Assembly (NCBI GenBank): GCA_047495785.1 | Contig: JBLDXI010000013.1 | Location: 372,001-436,000, forward strand | Origin: Lepidodermella squamata | Lineage: Eukaryota > Animalia > Gastrotricha | DNA length: 64,000 nt | Reading direction: 5' to 3' | In this document: positions 1 through 13,182 of the stretch, one piece after another | Numbering within the stretch: position 1 is the stretch's first letter | Layout of the letters: every line of letters starts with the position of its first letter | Notes under the pieces: model-generated | Seen by the model: the letters and a program-made list of their open reading frames with translations, nothing else | Told to the model about the DNA's origin: nothing | Databases searched by the model: none | Made by a program: the position numbers and the translations under genes

Positions 1-3000
1 TAGCGATTTGCCGAGGATTACAAATCATAGTGGCTGCCCTTATTAACAAGCCATGAAAATTTGCCATAGATCAGCGGGTAGTTAGGTTGAGAAATGTAGG
101 TGACAATTAGTCACAACGATAACAGTACATTACTGACATAACAACAAGGTGACCTCAAATTTAGCAAGTAACAACAAGGTAACACGGTGTTACATGTCTT
201 GACTCGGTATGGCAAATAATCACAGCTGTTTTTGGAACCCGCGGAGCAAATAATTTTGGCGCCAAATCTCGGCTGCGTTAAATTTAGCACGCTCTCTGCG
301 CACATGGCGACTAGCGGCGAGGCGAGGCGGTCGTTGCTGCTGCTTGCTAGCCACTCAAAACAATGACAAGCACGCAATCGCGATTTCAACTACTACTATA
401 CACACGAGCCATCACCATCTGGTGTCGCGTGGAGCAATAACTATGTATTAGCCACGGCTCGTTGACCAATTCACGGAAAATCACCTGCGATCATCTTAAT
501 TAAGGTATGTATGAATGTAACCGGGTATTCATGACAAATAGACAAGTGAAAATTCCGTACGTCATGCCGCATGGGACATGGTAAAACCTAAAATCACGTC
601 AGGGAAAGACAATATATTTGTAACCTGGCGGCGGCGTGTTCAACGAATACTGCGCCAATTTAGCAACAATTTTCGCCTTGCTGTCCTCAAACCGAGCGCA
701 GTCAAAGCTGTACGGAAAGACTATAAACAATGAAAGATAACAAATTCGCTATATTAAAAGCGTGATGTTTATGATGTTACGTACGATTGTCTGGCACATT
801 ACCTGGCGCGAATGACGAGACACACCACGTATCTCATCGAGCACAGCAAGCGCTCAGACACATATAAAAACGAGCCCCGCGTGGGCTATTCGGCCTGGGC
901 TCGCGCGCCTGTCAAGTACACGGCGTCGCCTCTTTCGGCAAATCTATTTTCGTCTACGCGCTAACTAAACTATGTCGCGCTCTTGTGTTTTCGACGGTTA
1001 CGACGCTATGTGTTTAGAAAACGGCAACTGCTCTTGCCAGTTTATTTAGAGATCGGTGGGCATTTGATGCCGTTCGAGCCAGCTGTAGTAGTGGGCTTGA
1101 ATTCAAGAGATGATTAAACATGAAATGAGCACACACATCTGGGATCATTCTCAAATAAAGCATCGTGATACAGCTCCAGTCTTTACAGCTAAAAGATTTG
1201 GGACAAAAAGTAAACAAGCCGAATCGAAACGGGTGCAGGGGCCATTACCCGTATCGCCCACGTGTGTTCGGCGATAGGATTAGGCACTTGAAACAGTCTG
1301 ATGCGCATGGGTTCTGCGGGCAGCAAGTGCAATAAAACTCAAACAGGCGTGCACCACATGAGCAAACGGCGACTTTGCGCTCGTTAGGGTAATATAATAA
1401 TGCGAGGGGCGGTTTGCTACGCTTTTTATCCGAATAACGTCCAATTAGACGGGTGGTGTGTAATACAAGCCGGGCAACGCATAAGTTGTTGCAATAAAAC
1501 GGCCGAGACCGGGTAATTTATCATTATGCAAACCGTAACTGTTTTCTGTGAGAGGAAAAAACGAACATATTGTCAGTTTAAGCTTCTACTGCTGATGAGC
1601 CTAAATCGTAAAGCTTTTCCATTTCAACGTGAAAATTTTACAGTATAATGACTGCTTATGGGAGGTCGACCTTTGGATTGAAGAAATTTATTGCGCAACG
1701 CCGAACGGTCAAGCGAGGACACCTATCGAAGGCGTTCACCTACTGGAAGCGCACTATGTTTTCAGCTTGAGGTCACTTGTTGGCGCGCTTCTGCGGCCCG
1801 TAATGCTTTTCAGGACGTGACCGCGTGCCGCGTGCTTTCAAATTTTACTTTAAAGCTCTAAATGAGCTGTTATTCTCAGGGCGGAGCAAGGTCCCGATGC
1901 TGTAACAGCGTCGTAATAGGGCCGTAATAAGCCGTTCATCGCGATTTATCAGCATTCAAATACTGTAAATTAGGGCTGTCCACCAAGCAACGCGCATCGC
2001 TGTTCGGGAAAGAATCGTCGTAATAATCGATAACAAAATTCTAAATTAATTGCTACGCTAGGTGAATGGCACGCTTCACAAATCTGTTAGTTTAACCCAA
2101 GAAGTGTTTAACCATTTTCTCCCGCTCTTTCTCTGTCGTGAATCTTCCCATGATATACCTAATAATTTGCTGAAGTCAACGTGGGCTTTCCATGTGGGCG
2201 AGAGTCAAACTTCCTCTCTCATCCATGAGAAAAACAATGATGACAAGGATCAGTCGAAGCAGCGTTTAATTCGATGTTTCTGGTTCTAAGATGGCGGATT
2301 TTTCCGCGAGGCACAAAAAAGGAAAAAGGGAAAAAAGGAAGGGAAGGAAAAGAAGGGTTGCCAATTCGACAACCTCCAGTCGGGTATTAAATTTGCTCGA
2401 CATCATCTCAACCAGACGAACTTAGAGAATTGCCAATTAACGACTATATACTAATTATAACTAATGGTTGAATATTTCTCAAGAATACGACGCATGCCTA
2501 TATGGGCAATATGGAAAACATGTTCGATCAGTCACTTTTGGGAAGTGCTAGCGTTCAGGGTTGGCTTCACGCCGCTTGCTAATAAAAAATCGGAATCGAA
2601 TGGTAATGCCGCGGAAATTTGCAGGGGAAAGCTGCGGAGTTGTGTGGACAATAAGAACTTTCACCTCGCCGCACTTTTTCTTTGAAGGTTTTTTCCACAA
2701 GAGAATTTCCTGGTACTCGGTATATTATCGCTACAACATCCAGTTTTCCGAAGTTGAAATTTGCTTCCTTATTTAGCGCCGATCGCCAACATAAAAAAAT
2801 TCATTTATCGGAATGTCGATTTTGGTATCTCCAACTTTTATCTTGATGGCAGCATGGGACCACAAGACAATCTTTCACCAGCATGCAGTTCCCGTCGATG
2901 ATGGCTTTCAAATTGCATTTTGCACCTTTGACTCGTTGCTGGGCTCGCTGGGGCGGTCTAACTTTACCGGGTAATTTGGCGGTTTTGACATGCTGGCTGA

Positions 3001-5478
3001 AATTTCCTTGAAGTAATAATATTAATATTAATCATATTCGAAAGATAGCGACTCAGCCAAGTCACACCGATCAACGTCAAAGAAACCCCTTTTGTTCTCC
3101 TCGCTCTTACGGTCTTATTGACGACCTAATTAAGGGCGTCCACCGAGGTTTGACCTATCGAATCAATTTTTGTTAAATATAACATAGGTGGCTCAAAGGT
3201 TGAATTTCGGAGACAGAAAGTTTGCGGCCGCAACTATAAACAACGCAAGTAACAAAAGTGTTGGGGTCGCTTTTTGTTCCGATGGCCACTTCGATCTCAA
3301 TTTACGACCAATAAATACTGCTTTATTAGTGATAAAATAAAGTATAAGGCTTCCTCGAATTTCATTAATCGATCATAGTGATGAAGCGCAGCGAATATGT
3401 CAAGTGATATCACGACCTTAAATTCCGACACGTGACGCACAATTCGTCGTCGGTGCGGCCAAAAGTAGTATATCCATAAAAAAATCGAAAATGAGATTTT
3501 TACAGTCTCGGGCTCAGAGTTTAACGCCCGTTATTATTCTGAAAACCGCATCTCAAAATTCGCCAGGGATCAAAAGTATTATATCCACTTTCCTGCCTCT
3601 TTTACTACCTAGGTCACTTTATCGGCAGAATCAACAGTATTATCTCCATGGCATGAGTTCGAAAGGGCACAAAAAGTATTATATCCAGCAAAAAATCACT
3701 CAATCGCGAGAAAAATGGTGATGTAAAAATCGCAAAAAAGTAAATGCCTGCATGAGGAATCGAACCACAGCAGTGCGATGTTGATGCCAAACAAAAAATA
3801 ACCCTCTTTGTCCACGCTAAAAAAAGAAAAATCGCCAAAAGCAAAAAATGCGTGCAGAATAGAAACAAATGGCGTATAACTAACTTGTTGCATCATCTCG
3901 GCCAAGTCAGTCGCGCGTCATTAAAACGCCAGTTTTTTCTGTACATCAAATGCGTTGCGCCATTTGTTTCTATTCTAGGCAAGTCGTTCTGTCGCTCACC
4001 CCGCGATATGTGGGTTGTTAACGATTCTTGTCGGGTCTGAGAGTGTTGTAGCATGCTCGGGAAAGCGGGAAACCTAATCTTTTCTGGAAGTTGAGGAAGA
4101 TGGGGTGCTGTACTGCGGGCGCTTAACACGCCACCTACGATCTCGATCGTGTCAAGATTGAAAAGCATAATTATTTATTCAGGTTACAGTATCCGGGTTC
4201 GGTTCAGAAGGCTCGTACGGTCCGTAGGCGATTCTTCTCGGCTGGCTGCGATGCTCTTAGCTCGAAGCCATGTATTTCTCCCCATTGCTTATCCAAGATG
4301 TTATTCCAGACAATGCTGAATACTTATGTTGAAATGAAGTTTCATAATCAAATGGCTTCTAGCGAAACCTTGATTGAGGTTAGATTGAGATAGAGATCGA
4401 GAAACCCAACGACCAACATGCTTGCCTGGACATTCGAGCTCATTTGTCTGCCAGAACGGGTCTCTGGCTTCCTTCATTCTTTTCAAGACTAAGCGATTAG
4501 AATTGAATTTTGATGCATAAACTATTTAATAGTTTTAAACCCAGGCTGAAGGCTTGAGATGAGGTAAAAAAGGCCCCAAACACCGAAAAAACTTTGAAAA
4601 TAATATGTCGCATGCCGCCGTCCTTGATTTTAGCTGTCAAAAATACTAATGTGAACGATTGAAAACTACATTTTGTTTGTAAAATAATTATTTTTTGAAA
4701 TTATTTTATTATCAGCTGATCGACACCGCCGTTCAAATAAATCTGGTAATGCGCTGGTAATGCGTAGTAAACGATTTTTTTCTGCGCTTCTGATGCAGAT
4801 TGGCGCTCGTGCATCCGCGTATTGTAATAGCTTTTTTGGCGCGAGTTTTTTTGTTCTGCCACACCGCCTTATTTTATTGACACACCAGCTTCTAAATCCT
4901 CCGTATTTTTATGAGAAGAACGTAAACAGCCATTGTCATGCTCAATGCTGACATGTAAGATTTTTTGTTCGTCCTGCTCTCTCCTCTTGTCTGAATTCGT
5001 GCTGCGATATAACAGTCACTCATGTACTCGCTTTGCACTCTAAATTTATTATTTTGGTCAGTCGCTTTATAAATCTTATATCTTTATATACTATTTACTG
5101 TGGCGGAGAATGAAGGATGAAGGCACCTCTACGACCTGGGTAATAACAATTAGGGGATCAATTCCTATAAGCCAGCTTGAATTTGCTACCTATAAAATAC
5201 CTAACAAAAACGTCGGTTGCGAGCTTTTTGAACTCCAGTCGATTAATTGGCTTATTTATATCGATTTCATCCACCTACTCGCTTCAAAATTCCTTCCTAC
5301 AGTAGTCGCACCACAGTCCGCCTTGTTTGGCGAAGATTGAAGCCTTGAGGTAGTAGTGTCATCTGTCAACTCCCTGTCTCCGCCACTGCCTATTTATTAT
5401 TAATTACCGCAGGTTGAGCATCTAATTCCGTTTTTATTAGGGCTATAACCTGAATCTGCCGTCGAATTTCGGTCCACG

Positions 5479-7059
5479 ATGGGGAAACGCGCGTTAAAGA
5501 CCACGAAGAATGGAAAATATTTAAATCCGACTGATCAGGCCAGGAAAGAGCAGCGGCGAAAAGAGCTGAAGAAAAACAAAAAGCAACGTGAAGTTGTGAG
5601 AAGTGCGATCATCAAATCAAAGGAGCCAAAGCAACTTATCGAGGAGATGGAGATGCTGGATGAGCAAGAATTCAACCCCGTTCAGTCAGTGCAGATAAGT
5701 TTGCGAGTCATCCAGGAAAAACGCCGGAAATTGAAAGAAACCCTAGAAAAAGTGCTTGAAGTTATGGTGAAAGAGACTCCGGAGTCTGTTGGCGAGTTTC
5801 GGCAAATGATGGCGAACTACGAAAAGAGGAGGGTTCAAAGAGAGCAATATTATGGTTTGTTTACTCTTCATAATCCTTATGTGAACTAATTTATATTAAT
5901 TGGCCTTTCAGAACAAGTAAAAAATGCTGAACGGGTTCGTCCTGATCAAATCCCTTTGCCTTCTGAGATTCCCCTTCCTGGCAGCGCTTCAACGCCGGGT
6001 GATATCCCTCTTCCCAACCGAAATGTGCCATCATCGCTGCACGGAATATTGAAGAAAAACCCTGTATTAATTGTCGCCACACCTGAAACGCGAGCTGTGT
6101 TTCGCCCGATGAAGAACCTGCCCCCTCCTCCGCCATGTCCACCCCCGGACCTAAGCGATTCTGACGATGAATCGTCTGACAGCGAAAGCTCAAATTCATC
6201 AGATAACTCTGCATCACCATCGGACTCACCCTCAGGATCTGAAGATTCTGAATTTGATCAAGATGAGGCGGAAACATCGCGGCCCAGGAAGAGTCTTCGT
6301 TTCGCGGAAGATGTTAAGAAAGACTCGACGAAGGATACTCGCTTGACTATAGGCCGCGAACGTCAGCTGAATGTTTCCCAAAAAGAAAAGCCAGACGAAG
6401 ACGAAACACCTTATGACCCAGAACAACCTGTTGAAGCAGATAATTCTCGGTTTTTCGCTCAGCCTCCTCCAGCGGTGCCGACTTACCCTCCGATGGGTTA
6501 CCCACCTCCTATGATGGCTTCTCGAATGCCTTTACCGCCGTTCGCAGGAATGCAACCTCCGTATGGCGATTCGCAGCCAAAACAGCAAATAAGACGATTA
6601 CCTGGTGGAAGGCTTGTGCTTGCGCAAGGCGCCGCGTCTGTCGTGCAGGCTGCCCCTACCACTGTACAGCGAGGATCCGCTAGTCAGCAGCAGCAACAAC
6701 AGACTGGCTCTAGCGTTTCTCATCAAATAGCTCCTGCACCTGCTGATCCCAAGCTAACAACAATCGAAAAGAAAGCCCAGCTCAAGAATTTACTGCAGGA
6801 AGCTACCAAGTTTGTGCCCTCTCAGCTTAAGGTTCGCCGAGAGTTTAAAGATGCCCACGGCCGAATCGTAAAACAGAGCGCTCCTGTTTCAAAACCCGCT
6901 GGTTCCTCTGCTCCATCGACGTTCTCTAATCAAAGAGCCGGTTTTCCGTCAAGCTCCTCTGCGATAGCCGCTTCATCAGCAGCAGTTGCAGCTGCGAAGG
7001 GCGTTGATCAAGACGACAGTTATGCTCAATTCATGAAAAGTCTTGACGGTCTTTTATAG
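5479..7059 (+). CDS. WBP11: WW domain-binding protein 11 (splicing factor SIPP1/Npw38BP); exons 5479-5854 and 5912-7059
   Basis: N-terminus MGKR..TTKNGKYLNPTDQARKEQRRKELKKNKKQR is the Wbp11 domain. Also IPLP repeats, an LRF (PP1-docking-like) motif, a Pro-rich middle, FVPSQLKVRR and C-terminal DDSYAQFMKSLDGLL. A 57-nt GT-AG intron (5855-5911) joins the two ORFs in frame. Confidence 0.95.
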
Positions 7060-7175
7060 TGCTCCATTAAGTCATTTTTCGCGTTTTTGTTTTCGTTTAT
7101 TTAATAATACGATGTACAACAATTGCTTTATTATTTCTAGATTTATTTTGCTAAAGTCAATTATTCAAGTATCAA

Positions 7176-8877
7176 ATGGACGGCGTCTGCAACGGCCGAC
7201 AATGGCTACTGAAACCCTCGAAGAAAGCAGCCAATACAAACAATCCGATCAGAAAAATTGTGGATTATATGAATATTGAACCTAACCCTGAACTGAAACT
7301 GATAAATTTGTCGTTGGGTTGGTTTTTCGTTAATTAATGTTTATATTTGTTAACATCCTTGTCCCACAGGCGATCCTACATTGGGCGGCATTTTGAAGCC
7401 ACACCCAATCGTAATTGAAGCTGTCGCCAACTGCGTGGCTTCTGGCAAGTGCAACGGCTATTCACCCGCGTTCGGTTCATTGGTCGCCCGTCGTGCGATC
7501 GCTGCGAAATTCTCGGCACCTGGTGATGTGATTAGCCCTGATGTAAGTTTTTCACTTGACGGACATTTCTAAATGATGATAATGGCATTAATTAACTTGA
7601 ACAGCTGCATTGATAATTTATCGGTGAGAATTGTTCGCTTGCGTCTTTGATTTTTATGTTACGTTGTTGTGTTTGGGTGTCGGCTAGCATCTTAGGTCGA
7701 TTCTATGATCTTTCATTGATTGGAATTTTATTTGCTAATTAAGGATGTGATTTTGACGAATGGATGCAGCGCTGCTCTTGATTTGGCTATTACGGGATTG
7801 GCAAATCCTGGCGACAACATTTTGGTTCCGATGCCTGGCTTCTCGATTTACAAAACGCTAGCGGAATCTACAGGAATCGAATGTCGATCCTATAAGCTGC
7901 TGGTAAGTAATTTCAGCCGGATAACCACCTGATTCTTATCAATATTCGTGATTATAGCCTGAGAAGGATTGGGAAGCCGACCTCTCTCATATGGAGTCCT
8001 TGATCGACAACTCGACCCGCGCAATTATCGTGAATAACCCTTCAAATCCTTGCGGCTCAGTTTGGTCCGCCAAGCATATTCGAGACATAATCAGCCTCGC
8101 TGAACACCATTGTCTACCTATAATCGCTGACGAGCTATATTGGGAGTGCGTGTTTTCTAACCACCAGTTCTTCTCATTTTCATCTCTGAGCAAGCAAGTA
8201 CCGATCATTTCATGCCGAGGCATAGCCAAGTGTTACTTCGTTCCCGGCTGGCGAGTTGGCTGGATCCAAATTCACGACCGCGACGATAAGCTGGTTGAGG
8301 TTCGCAAAGGCCTTCGCGACCTGTCGCAGCGAATCCTCGGTCCGAACTCGATCGTTGAAGCTGCGCTGCCTACTATCCTAGCGAATGTCCCTCAGTCTTA
8401 CTTCAAGGAATCAACCAGCTACGTTGAGGCGAATACGGAGATCGCGTATAAAATCCTGTCGGCTGTTCCTGGTCTAATCCCTGTTAAACCAGCTGGTGCG
8501 ATGTACATGATGGTATAGTTTCAATTTTTTAGTTTTACATATCTTTATTGAACTGATTTGCTCAAGGTTGGAGTTGACTCGAGGTATTTCACGCCCGATC
8601 TGAGTGATCCCGTACGATTCACTGAGCAGCTGATCCGCGAGCAGTCCGTATTTTGTCTGCCTGCTAAGGTAATGCCCGCTTTCAAATGACGGTCAAATTT
8701 TACAACTTTGTTTTTGTCTTATTTTTGTCACTGCCGTTTCGTCGCCCACGCAACTAGTGCTTCCAAGCGCCAGATTTTATACGTCTTGTCCTGACGTCAT
8801 CTCACGATGAAATCCTGGAGGCCTGCGAACGCATCGCCGCCTTTTGTAAACAGCATGCAACGAACAAGCTGATGTAG
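7176..8877 (+). CDS. TAT: Tyrosine aminotransferase (PLP-dependent class I), 6 exons
   Basis: Spliced translation gives [14 protein letters not shown]|[55 protein letters not shown] (PLP lysine), PAGAMYMMV and EQSVFCLP, ending [12 protein letters not shown] at 8875-8877. First intron 7318-7369. Confidence 0.95.
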
Positions 8878-9741
8878 GGCGCTGTTTTTTCATGACCACC
8901 GAAGCGGTGTGGCTGAACACGTTGTTTTTCTCTTTCTCTCTCTAATCCATCTCGTGTAGTTTTACTCAACACCTGTACTCGTCGTCGCGTTGTTGCAGCG
9001 ACGGACTTTATTGTTTGATATGATTTGCATTATTGCGTGTTGTTATGATACTTCTACCCGCCCGCCAAATGCAGTAGAAACGTGAGTGTCTGTAGCGATG
9101 AATTCCCCCATTCGCTGTGATATTATCTCTCTGCATCGAAAAATAGCATAATTGACCAAATTTTGTAACTCGTTATAATTTATCAGTATTGCACTATTAC
9201 ACCATCATCACGTGGTGATATCTTCATGTTATTTCAAGGTGTTGACCTGCTGCACGGTCTGCGTGGGTAGTGATGCTAAGTTGAGGCCATTGGCATGTTG
9301 TTGCATGGCTGGCGTATCCAATGCGCAAAGGTGTTAATGGGCGCGGCGTTTTGAAGTACTCAAACTCTTTAAAAATTGTTATTAAACTTTGATGCAATAT
9401 TCTCTCTCTTGAACTGCTATATATTATATGGTATTATACATACTCTGAAAAATATGCCATAATATTGAGATAATTTACACTTCTTAGCTGTTGTGAACCA
9501 AGTGCTGAGATGTCATTTTTATAAGAGTATATATTCTTCAGTCGGGCTGCTCGGTTTAAGGTGCAATTATTCAAATTGAGTATATCACACGGTTGGTGAA
9601 TCATGTGAATGGTGGTGAGATTTCTTCTGTGGCTTTTCAGCAAATTTTCCGAGTTATTTTTCATAATAAATCCGGTGCCTGAATGTGGCGAAAACCTTTA
9701 TTGCATTTATTGCTCTTTCAAGCACAACAAGGGGCTGCGTT

Positions 9742-10589
9742 TCATTCGATTAAATCATATCCGAAAAATAGTGAACTAAGCCTTCGAGCTATTGTTTGTT
9801 CTTGGGCGGAGCGTTTTCGCCGGCCGACTGTCCACGTGAGACTCGTCGAATTCGTCAGTGTTTTGTTGATGTTGCTAACATCGCTGACCAGCGACGATGT
9901 TAGACTCGACGAATTCCACTGGTTTACACCTAGAATCTGTCCGACGGATGAATTCGCGAAGCCGCTGATGCTTCCCTGGGCAGTGTTCAGGCCGGAATTG
10001 ATTGCCGAAATCCCTGAGTTTATGCCCGAGTTTACGAGACTTCCTAAAGAAATTGAACTCGTTCTGCGGACAAATATTGGTGTAACTAGTAGGTGCTATT
10101 GGAGTGTTTACGGTTACTTACCCATTTACTGTGCCATTTATACTCGAAAAAATGTTGTTAATAACGTTGCTCGTTGCGCCTGTTCCAGTGGTGATCGCAG
10201 ATGACACGTAATTGACTCCTGGAAATGGTAAATTGCGAACTATTCATCTCAATTGGTGCAATTATTTGCTAACCTGTGCTTATCGCATTCGAGACGATGC
10301 TGGTTCCTTGATTGATATAAGCGGCTACAGGCTGTACGAACGCTGTAGTATAACATCAATGAAAAAGCCGTTATTAAATTAACTTATATCTAACTATACC
10401 TGTGTTATTTTCGTTGGCTTCCAGGACGCGTGAAAACCATGTTTTACCGCCGGTTGCGCCTTGCGATGAGTAGTCAATACCAGAGCTGGGAATCACAACC
10501 AGGCCCACCACAAGACCGATGACCAAGGCGATGACAGCTAAAACCACTGCAACTACTATTACACCGATGCACGTATTATCTGCCCCCAT
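9742..10589 (-). CDS. Orphan type II membrane protein: N-terminal signal-anchor, Ser/Gly/Asn-rich ectodomain, GRRKR site near the C-terminus
   Basis: Exons 10589-10400, 10342-10274, 10218-10122 and 10063-9742 join in frame through GT-AG introns of 55-58 nt. Translation runs MGADNTCIGVIVVAVVLAVIALVIGLVVGLVVIP ... SLTWTVGRRKRSAQEQTIARRLSSLFFGYDLIE*. Confidence 0.7.
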
Positions 10590-12066
10590 TTAATGGGGAT
10601 TGGATAATTTGAAATAAAATACACGTAATCTATAAACCTATCATCAACGAATCGTTGTTAAAAGCTGTGAATGATTTCAGTGCACAAAAGACATTTTGAA
10701 TTTTTTTGGCTACATGGAGACAAATTTAGCGCTTAATAACCATTACACCAATTGAAGATCGATCGGGCACGAGAAAAAAGCAACGCAAAGCACCTGGGAG
10801 CTAGAAAAAATTGGCACAGCGACAGTTACTAGGTGAAAGCCGTACGCTGGATCTGACAACATTTCGACAACATCAAGCCATCAAGATCAAATTTCTCCGA
10901 TAGGTCTTGGGACCAGGACCGGATCATTCATTGGGCAAGTGAGGCAGTGATTGCCTTGGGACCCGATTATTTTTGACACCTCGGATAAAAAACCACAGGG
11001 GCCCTTACTATTATGGGACCAGCGATTAACCAATGAGTCCTCATGTTTTTAAAGTTTGCCAACAAAATTCTGGTTTGTTTCAAGAAACAGATTATTCTGC
11101 GCTGCAGTGGCGGCAAGTGAGCGGCAAAACCGCGTTAATGCGAGCTATTTAGACCCGATCAGAAATTGGCCCTTAGTCAATATCTGGGATCACGATCCTG
11201 CAATACTTGGGACTAGAGGCCAAACCAATTTGCTTGCAGAATGTCCGCTATTTTAATACTTAGTTACTAACCTGCAAATTTGTTCCATTTTAATCAGCAT
11301 TCGGACCAGCCGCAATGTTATTCTGTGGGATTAAAATTTATGGGCGAAATATAATGGCCTAATTTCCGGATATTCCAGAAATGGTCGAGGAGTATACTTG
11401 CTTACACTTCGTTTTCGCTTTCTTTTTCGCAGAATTAGAATTATCAAGTTGTTACTGCTTCCTTCCAACTTAAAACCCACTGGTTTTCTGCAATTGCTTT
11501 GCGTTTCCATAAAACTCCAAAAATTTCTTGACTATTCAAACTAATAAATACTTTCAACAAGAAAACTAGCCTAATGCGGCCTAATTTGACGCATTTTTGC
11601 GCACGCGTAAAAAAATATAAAATTTTCCTAAAAAGTCCGAAGTCTTACCTAAGCAACTATGACGGCAATTATCTTCGCTCAGATGACGCGCAGATGACTG
11701 TTGATTCCACGCGCTGTCATCATCTGTCATCATCACCGCATTCCTACCGGTGAATTTGAAAAAATAGTTATACCAGCCCTCGAAATACATAAAAATCCAG
11801 CGCGAAATAAGTTTTTAATTCACTCTTGACGCCTGTCGTATGTGCCATTGACATCAAAGTGCAATTGTGCCAGTTATCATCGAAAAGTAGAAAATAATTG
11901 CTGACAGAAAAGCTGGTGTCAACATGGATTCAAGCATTGTATCGGTGTGATTGAGTAAAATTTTATTTTATATAATAAAATTAGGTGAAGCATCAAGAAT
12001 TGCACATGAACCTCGAGGCGAAAAAGGAAAACGATATTCTAAATTAGTGGATGTTGTAAGCATCTG

Positions 12067-12186
12067 TCATCCTGTGCTAGGTGGAGGATTCGTAGCTAGC
12101 AAGATTCCTAGGATTATCAACCCTATAAGAATTATTCCAATAAAGATTCCCAATATTATCAAGTCGTTGGTTGACAAGGTTGTCAT
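12067..12186 (-). CDS. 39-aa single-pass transmembrane micropeptide MTTLSTNDLIILGIFIGIILIGLIILGILLATNPPPSTG
   Basis: Clean ATG (context gcaATG) to TGA, below the ORF-track size cutoff. It has a 21-residue Ile/Leu/Gly hydrophobic helix, an upstream splice acceptor (tttcatag) near 12318 and an in-frame stop upstream of the ATG. Confidence 0.55.
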   Translation of the reverse strand: MTTLSTNDLIILGIFIGIILIGLIILGILLATNPPPSTG

Positions 12187-13182
12187 TGCTGGTTTCTTTT
12201 TGGCAGAGTTCACGCAAGTTATTGTTTCAAACGTGAATTTCACACGAACACGCCTACACTTCTGCTTTCAGTGAATGCTCCGTGGCTCGTTCAGCCTTTG
12301 TTCGGCAGCTGCAGCAACTATGAAAGAAACGTTACATTTTAACGCACAAAAAGGTCTCATAGTAATTAGCTGTCTAAAAATGCTATACCTGTTACATGAT
12401 TTTGCGTATTCCACGCGCGTTAACTTACGCACCTATGATTTTTGTAGCTGACTCTCGAGTTGTGCTTGTGCGTGTGTGAGAAAATAGTAAATATTTCGTG
12501 GGAGAAAACAGTAAAAAGGAAATGCTACTAAGCGTTCATCACCGTGAACGGGGGTTGAATCATCTCGTCTCAGGTTTAAAACTGTTGAGATGTAACGCAA
12601 TAGCAGGCAATGGCGTAGTAAAATATACTACGATCGCTTCACTACGGCAAAATAATCCGATTAGTGACAAAATAACAAAAATTATGTATGTACTGCTTTT
12701 TCGTTTAAATGGCAACAATAATTCCAAGTTTTCTTTTATTGAAGCTATTGCTTGAAGTACATGGCATATAGGATGAGGCCCCTGCAGCGTCAATTTTATT
12801 TCAAAAATATAAGCTATACTTCGCACAACAGACCGTGATTTTTTTGGGATGTATAAAAAAAATCATCAGAAAAGTCGCAAGCTCCGCATCGGTGGGTTTT
12901 CTCTCCGTTCGAACAAAAGCGAGTTTAAACTTTGAAGTTGACATACACAACGATGCAGGCGGCGATAAATTTGAACATACTATAGTTGAAAATACAAAAC
13001 CGAGAGCGGCTGATGACGTACAAAACGATTATTGTGCCTTTTATGCTTTTCTTTTTTTGCCAGCAGTTGACAAGATGACGATGAAAAACGACGGTGAATC
13101 AGGCCATTTTTGTTCACAGCAACATGCAGCGTATAGAAAACCGACGAAACATTGAATAAGAAGCTAGCTGATGATTGGCCTT

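Noticed and set aside
871-903. Hairpin CGAGCCC...GGGCTCG next to an A/T run, resembling an intrinsic terminator or Helitron end
   Set aside because: Eukaryotic context, no adjacent CTRR terminus and no second copy seen.
1585-1620. CTGATGAG hammerhead-ribozyme-like core
   Set aside because: No stem II and no properly placed GAAA; the core cannot be completed.
3744-3820. GGTTCGATTCC B-box/T-loop on the minus strand
   Set aside because: No cloverleaf or matching acceptor stem; at most a tRNA-derived SINE relic.
1-5400. Many short ORFs in the first 5.4 kb
   Set aside because: No recognisable domains or consistent splice pattern; probably intergenic DNA with decayed repeats that I cannot classify.
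9683-10204. 173-aa plus-strand ORF
   Set aside because: Antisense shadow of the spliced minus-strand gene at 9742-10589.
10900-11215. Recurrent TGGGAC motif
   Set aside because: Only a 6-7 nt match with irregular spacing; not a CRISPR or tandem array, and element boundaries could not be defined.
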